The notes under the pieces were generated by a model. The model was not told the DNA's origin and made no database searches. It saw only the letters and a list, made by a program, of their open reading frames with translations. Shown piece by piece: positions 43,054 through 47,097 of a DNA stretch of 47,097 bases (the stretch's first letter is position 1; each line of letters starts with the position of its first letter). A program made the translations under genes and the position numbers. The stretch comes from Nitrososphaeraceae archaeon. GTDB lineage: Archaea > Thermoproteota > Nitrososphaeria > Nitrososphaerales > Nitrososphaeraceae. The stretch lies in assembly GCA_035250975.1 (NCBI GenBank), contig DATFEP010000035.1, positions 1 through 47,097 of the forward strand. The letters are read 5' to 3'.

Positions 43054-43294
43054 ATCTAACTTTTTGCAATCTACGAGATAGTAAAATTAAAAGAGAACGT
43101 AAAAAATGAAAAAAATAGCCACATATTTCCTAACTTTATTTTGAATTTATTAACTAACTAACTAATTATACCGCAACTCGTTTTGCTGAATGATATACCT
43201 AATTTTAGTTACATAAATAAATAATAAAAAAACATATCTTCTATTCACAATTTATCAAATATCTGAACAATACTCCTAAATATATTCAGTTCAA

Positions 43295-44645
43295 TTGATT
43301 ATGATGAGTTTAACAAATATCATAGAAGAAAGATGGGTCTACGGTAGTGCGCTACATGTGGAAAATCCTGCAGTCGGAAGATTTTCAGTTTTAGGCACGA
43401 TGACAACTATCGAGCTAGGAACGAATCAACATAACTGGTTAATATGTTCAGTACCTGCTCCAAATGTTCTCGATGGATGGAAAGTAAGAGCAGTAATGAT
43501 CCGATATAACATAAGGAGCCCTGATTCGCGTGGTTTAGGAATCATTGACAAAATTGGGATACGAAATGGGAATCTAGACGTCGGTAGATTCGAAAGTCTG
43601 ACGATAGGACCTAATTCCATAGAACCTCAAGAAAATTGGGAAGTTCGAAAATTAGTATTATCTCGTCCAGGCGATTTCAAATTTGGTTTAGGAGTTACTA
43701 TCCATGTACTATTTCCCCAAATTAGCCCTATACCACCACCAACAAAATTCTCTTTTACCAGTATAGGACTAGAATTCATTAAATTTATTCCTCGTCCCCC
43801 CGATCCAACGGGTATTGATATATATAGAATTGCCAATCCAGTATTCGGTAATAAACTATTAGTAGCAGATGAAAGAAATCACCGTATACTAAATCTTAAT
43901 AATCTTATTCCAGGACCAGTGGGGGCGTGGGGTTCTGAGGGGTCCGGCATCGGGCAGTTTAGGTTTCCAAAAGGTGTCGCAATTGATCCCTAATACTAGG
44001 AACATCTTTGTGGCTGATACTAATAATAATCGTATTCAAAAGTTTACACTCACTGGCGCTCCAATTACACAATGGGGATCTCTTGGGACAGGTGATGGTC
44101 AATTCAATCTTCCTTGGGCCATTGCTTTAGACTCTTCATCAGGTGATGTGTATGTGAGTGATAGTGACAATAATCGTATTCAAAAATTTACAAATGACGG
44201 TAATTTTATTACAAAATTGGACAACGTTACTTCACTAGGAATTGCTGTTGGTCCAGATGGGAATTTGTATGTATCATCACAGCTTAATAAAATCCAAAAA
44301 TTTGCATCCGATGGACAATTTATTAAAGAATGGGGTTCATCTGGTACTGATGATGGTGAATTCGATACTCCTGTTGGTATCACCGTTGATTCCAATAATG
44401 AAGTTTATGTTGTAGATAATGAAAATCATCGTGTACAAAAGTTCACAAGTAACGGTGATTTTATTACGAAATGGGGTACTTTCGGTTCAGGAAATGGGCA
44501 GTTCAGGGGACCATATGGTATTGCGTTTGATAGAGATACAAAGTGCGTGTACGTATCCGATCATGGAATCGGCAACATTCAAATATTCACACAAGACGGT
44601 CAGTTTCTTAAGTTTGTGAGTCTATCACCAATCGTTCAACCATAA
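43295..44645 (+). CDS. Unknown N-terminal domain (DUF6623-like, tentative) fused to an NHL propeller, split by a +1 frameshift at 43988-43993 (recoded gene, pseudogene or sequencing error)
   Basis: ORF 43295..43993 stops mid-blade (FPKGVAIDP*); the +1 frame continues PNTRNIFVADTNNNRIQKF. Confidence 0.85.
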
Positions 44646-44943
44646 CATTCAATACATCAATTGGTTTTATAATGATATTTGTTTTGAGAATAAGTTTAAA
44701 ATATTTACCAGTTGATATCTCAATAATTTTTTTAAAATCAACAATATATTTATTACAAAATTAAAAATTTAATTATTTAAATTAAATTACTTTCAAGAAA
44801 CTTGAAAGGTCAATTTGGTTGAAGGTAAAATTTAGCAATGGCAATTAGACACAAATAATATTAAATATAGTCACAAAACTTCTGTTAAAAGTAACTGAAT
44901 TTTAAATTATTTTTTAGGCGTCGAAAAATTACGTTCACCTAAT

Positions 44944-45063
44944 TATCATATGTGACCAAAATATTTAAATATCAATGGGCCGGGTCGTTTGAGTTACAAA
45001 TTTGTTACTAATCTAAACTACAGAACATTTATTGACATGATTAATTAACAACATGATTATAAT
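44944..45063. repeat. Composite repeat site 5 (left arm, exact core, right arm type W)
   Basis: TATCATATGTGACCAAAATATTT, AATGGGCCGGGTC (44974-44986), TTTGAGTTACAAATTTGTTACTAATC. Confidence 0.9.
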
Positions 45064-45143
45064 TAAATGTGCCGCAACCACTGGTTTATAAAACAAATTT
45101 AAATCATATATTTTATACATGGATACGAATCTTTAACACTACC

Positions 45144-45461
45144 ATGTATGAATTCAAGTATATAAAACATAATAAGGCTAAGTTTAAGGCTGGTAAAAGA
45201 GATGAAGGTACAAAGATACTTACAGATTTTTTCGATGAATACCGTCATGAAATTAAAGGATTCAGAGGATTTTTAATTATGGATAGTCTAAACGATTCCC
45301 AAGAAACTATAGCGCTAACTTTTTGGGAGACAAAAGAAGATATGGATGCATATCATAGGCCTGATAATAAATGGTTTCAAATAATAACGGAAAGAATTAA
45401 ACCATTATTCGAACGAATACCAGAGAGAAGTAACTATACCCTTTTTTATTTCAAAACATAA
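45144..45461 (+). CDS. Antibiotic biosynthesis monooxygenase (ABM)-like protein
   Basis: K.GKRDE, KGFRG, IALTFWETKEDM.AY; ATG at 45144. Confidence 0.85.
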   Translation: MYEFKYIKHNKAKFKAGKRDEGTKILTDFFDEYRHEIKGFRGFLIMDSLNDSQETIALTFWETKEDMDAYHRPDNKWFQIITERIKPLFERIPERSNYTLFYFKT

Positions 45462-46015
45462 TTTTCCAGTTAAGCAGTCATAACGTTTGATAAATGTATC
45501 TTTTGGGTAAAAAACAACGAATCTTTCTATAAATTTGTTGTTAGGTATCTGTATGTAGGTCAGCCGCAGAAAATTACTGGCCCGTCGGGAGTAGAATCCT
45601 CTATGTAGTAGGGTTCTATTGACTTGTACTTAGCTTTATAATTAATTCATTATATTTTCTGGAGAATTATAATCAACTTAGAATATTTAAAAATTACTTT
45701 TCAACAATTATAAAAGTTTGAATTCTCTAAAATTTAGAATAAGAAAAAACAAAAAAAATAACCATTAAAACATGAAGTTAAAATTTCATATATTTCTTCT
45801 TTCTCAGTCTTAACTAGTAGTTAATCCTAGGTGCCATATTTTTTCTTTTATTGTCTTTATATATTGCACAGTAACAGATTTATCTTGGAGAATTCAGACG
45901 GTTCAAATCATTTATAACATTTTTAAATTTTCAATATTTATTATAGTGCCCAAAATAGTCTAAATTATAAAATTTAAATTTGGTTTACCATAATATAAAA
46001 TCCATAACGATTATT

Positions 46016-46279
46016 ATGACTATCTTTGATGTATTTGCATTCATCAGTGGAATTATTCTAATAGGAGTAGGTAGCCTTTTAATTTATTCTTTCTTAGCTA
46101 AACCTTATAAGCAAAATGGTGTAACTGTCAGAGGAATTTTTTTTATTGGTCCAATTCCAATAGTACTTAATAATGACAATCAAGTCATTAATTTATTATC
46201 TATAATATTTTCGATATCTTTAATAGCAGTATTTTTTGTTTTATTCTTTTTTATCCTTTTAAATTATATTAATTTATAG
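46016..46279 (+). CDS. DUF131 (TIGR00304-like) archaeal membrane protein
   Basis: GIFFIGPIPIV signature between two TM helices. Confidence 0.85.
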   Translation: MTIFDVFAFISGIILIGVGSLLIYSFLAKPYKQNGVTVRGIFFIGPIPIVLNNDNQVINLLSIIFSISLIAVFFVLFFFILLNYINL

Positions 46280-46281
46280 AA

Positions 46282-46767
46282 ATGAAAAAATGCAAAAACT
46301 GTCAGGTTAATGATGCTAGATACATTTGTCTTGGATGTAGTAGAGAATTTTGTACTTATTGTATGAAAGAAGATGAGTTTCTTTGCTCTCAGTGTAGATA
46401 TAATAAACAACATGAAAATCAAAAACAACAACGACAACAAGAAAACAAATCCAAATTAAAAAAAAATAATCATAGGATAATCAATATTATTTATATAATA
46501 ATTGCATCATCAATATTGTTTCTAGGTATAATTTTAGTATTAACATCATATCCATCTCTTATTAATATGATTAGTAGTAACGGTACTATATCAGAAGAAG
46601 AGCAATACAATAATAATAGAGACGGATTTATCTACATTTTTCCATTTCCATTTGCTATACCACTTGAGTTTAATAGTTTATTTATTATACCTCTGATATT
46701 GACTTTTATCATCATTACACCAATAATTTTACTTTTAATTTTTCTGAAATTAATAAAAATATCCTGA
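46282..46767 (+). CDS. Membrane protein with N-terminal B-box-like Zn finger and DUF131-like C-terminus
   Basis: CxxC-x8-CxxC-x4-CxxC-x7-CxxC, then TM helix, GFIYIFPFPFAI, TM helix. Confidence 0.8.
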   Translation: MKKCKNCQVNDARYICLGCSREFCTYCMKEDEFLCSQCRYNKQHENQKQQRQQENKSKLKKNNHRIINIIYIIIASSILFLGIILVLTSYPSLINMISSNGTISEEEQYNNNRDGFIYIFPFPFAIPLEFNSLFIIPLILTFIIITPIILLLIFLKLIKIS

Positions 46768-47097
46768 AAATGAATATAAAGTCTCAAATAGAATAAAAAA
46801 ATAAACAAGGACCTTGTATATCAAGATTTGAATCCTACATGCATTATAATAAGGTTTTTGCTAATTTGTATTTAGCTTTTATTATAAGAAACTTAAAAAA
46901 AGTAAAATAATCATACAATAATAGACTAATCTTGATTTGTTTCGATGGAATTATCTAAAAATTCAATACAATTCTTTTTCTTTTCTATCAAATATGAAAT
47001 ACTGTTTTATACAACATGTGAAATAAAGCATTTTATTGAAACAGAGAAGAATAGGAATAATTTTTATGGTGTTAGGCGCTGTCATGTTGGTAATTCC

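Noticed and set aside
5178-44619. Many antisense or alternate-frame ORFs inside real genes (e.g. 5178, 5519, 7486, 13040, 22773, 31814, 36796, 44180)
   Set aside because: Shadows of well-supported CDSs with no independent motifs
35821-45063. Reading the repeated core as a CRISPR array, classical integron attC sites or IS ends
   Set aside because: Spacing is 0.8-3.1 kb with no cas genes; no RYYYAAC...GTTRRRY long palindrome; copies are direct rather than inverted and there is no transposase
45897-45909. GGTTCAAATC T-loop-like word (a similar one lies at 11811)
   Set aside because: No flanking T-stem, D-arm or acceptor stem; not a tRNA

Overview
AT-rich archaeal-type window with long intergenic gaps, many TTG/GTG starts and TATA boxes close to start codons. 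The gene content (stand-alone Lrp/AsnC effector domain, MTCKGIC-type Zn-ribbon, DUF131, many small Cys-rich proteins) points by inference to a soil ammonia-oxidising archaeon of the Nitrososphaeraceae. It holds about 40 genes: aldehyde dehydrogenase, CDF and Ca2+/H+ transporters, three SAM methyltransferases, a UbiE-like/UbiA-like/chorismate-lyase-like cluster, a complete CUT1 sugar ABC transporter, two RTX-repeat proteins, a cytochrome P450, two secreted phosphoesterases, malic enzyme, a Rieske ferredoxin, and YVTN and NHL beta-propellers. I saw no rRNA, intact tRNA, CRISPR array, transposase or integrase. The most striking unexplained signal lies at 35.8-45.1 kb. Five co-oriented copies of a composite site (left arm, GC-rich core AATGGGCCGGGTC resembling a tRNA 3' end on the minus strand, alternating right arms) separate 0.8-3.1 kb accessory gene units, like an integrase-less cassette array. 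Other leads are a CCC-TAA +1 frameshift in an NHL gene, a probable CTG start for the ABC ATPase, and small Zn-finger genes missing from the ORF track. All calls are by eye; no searches were run.
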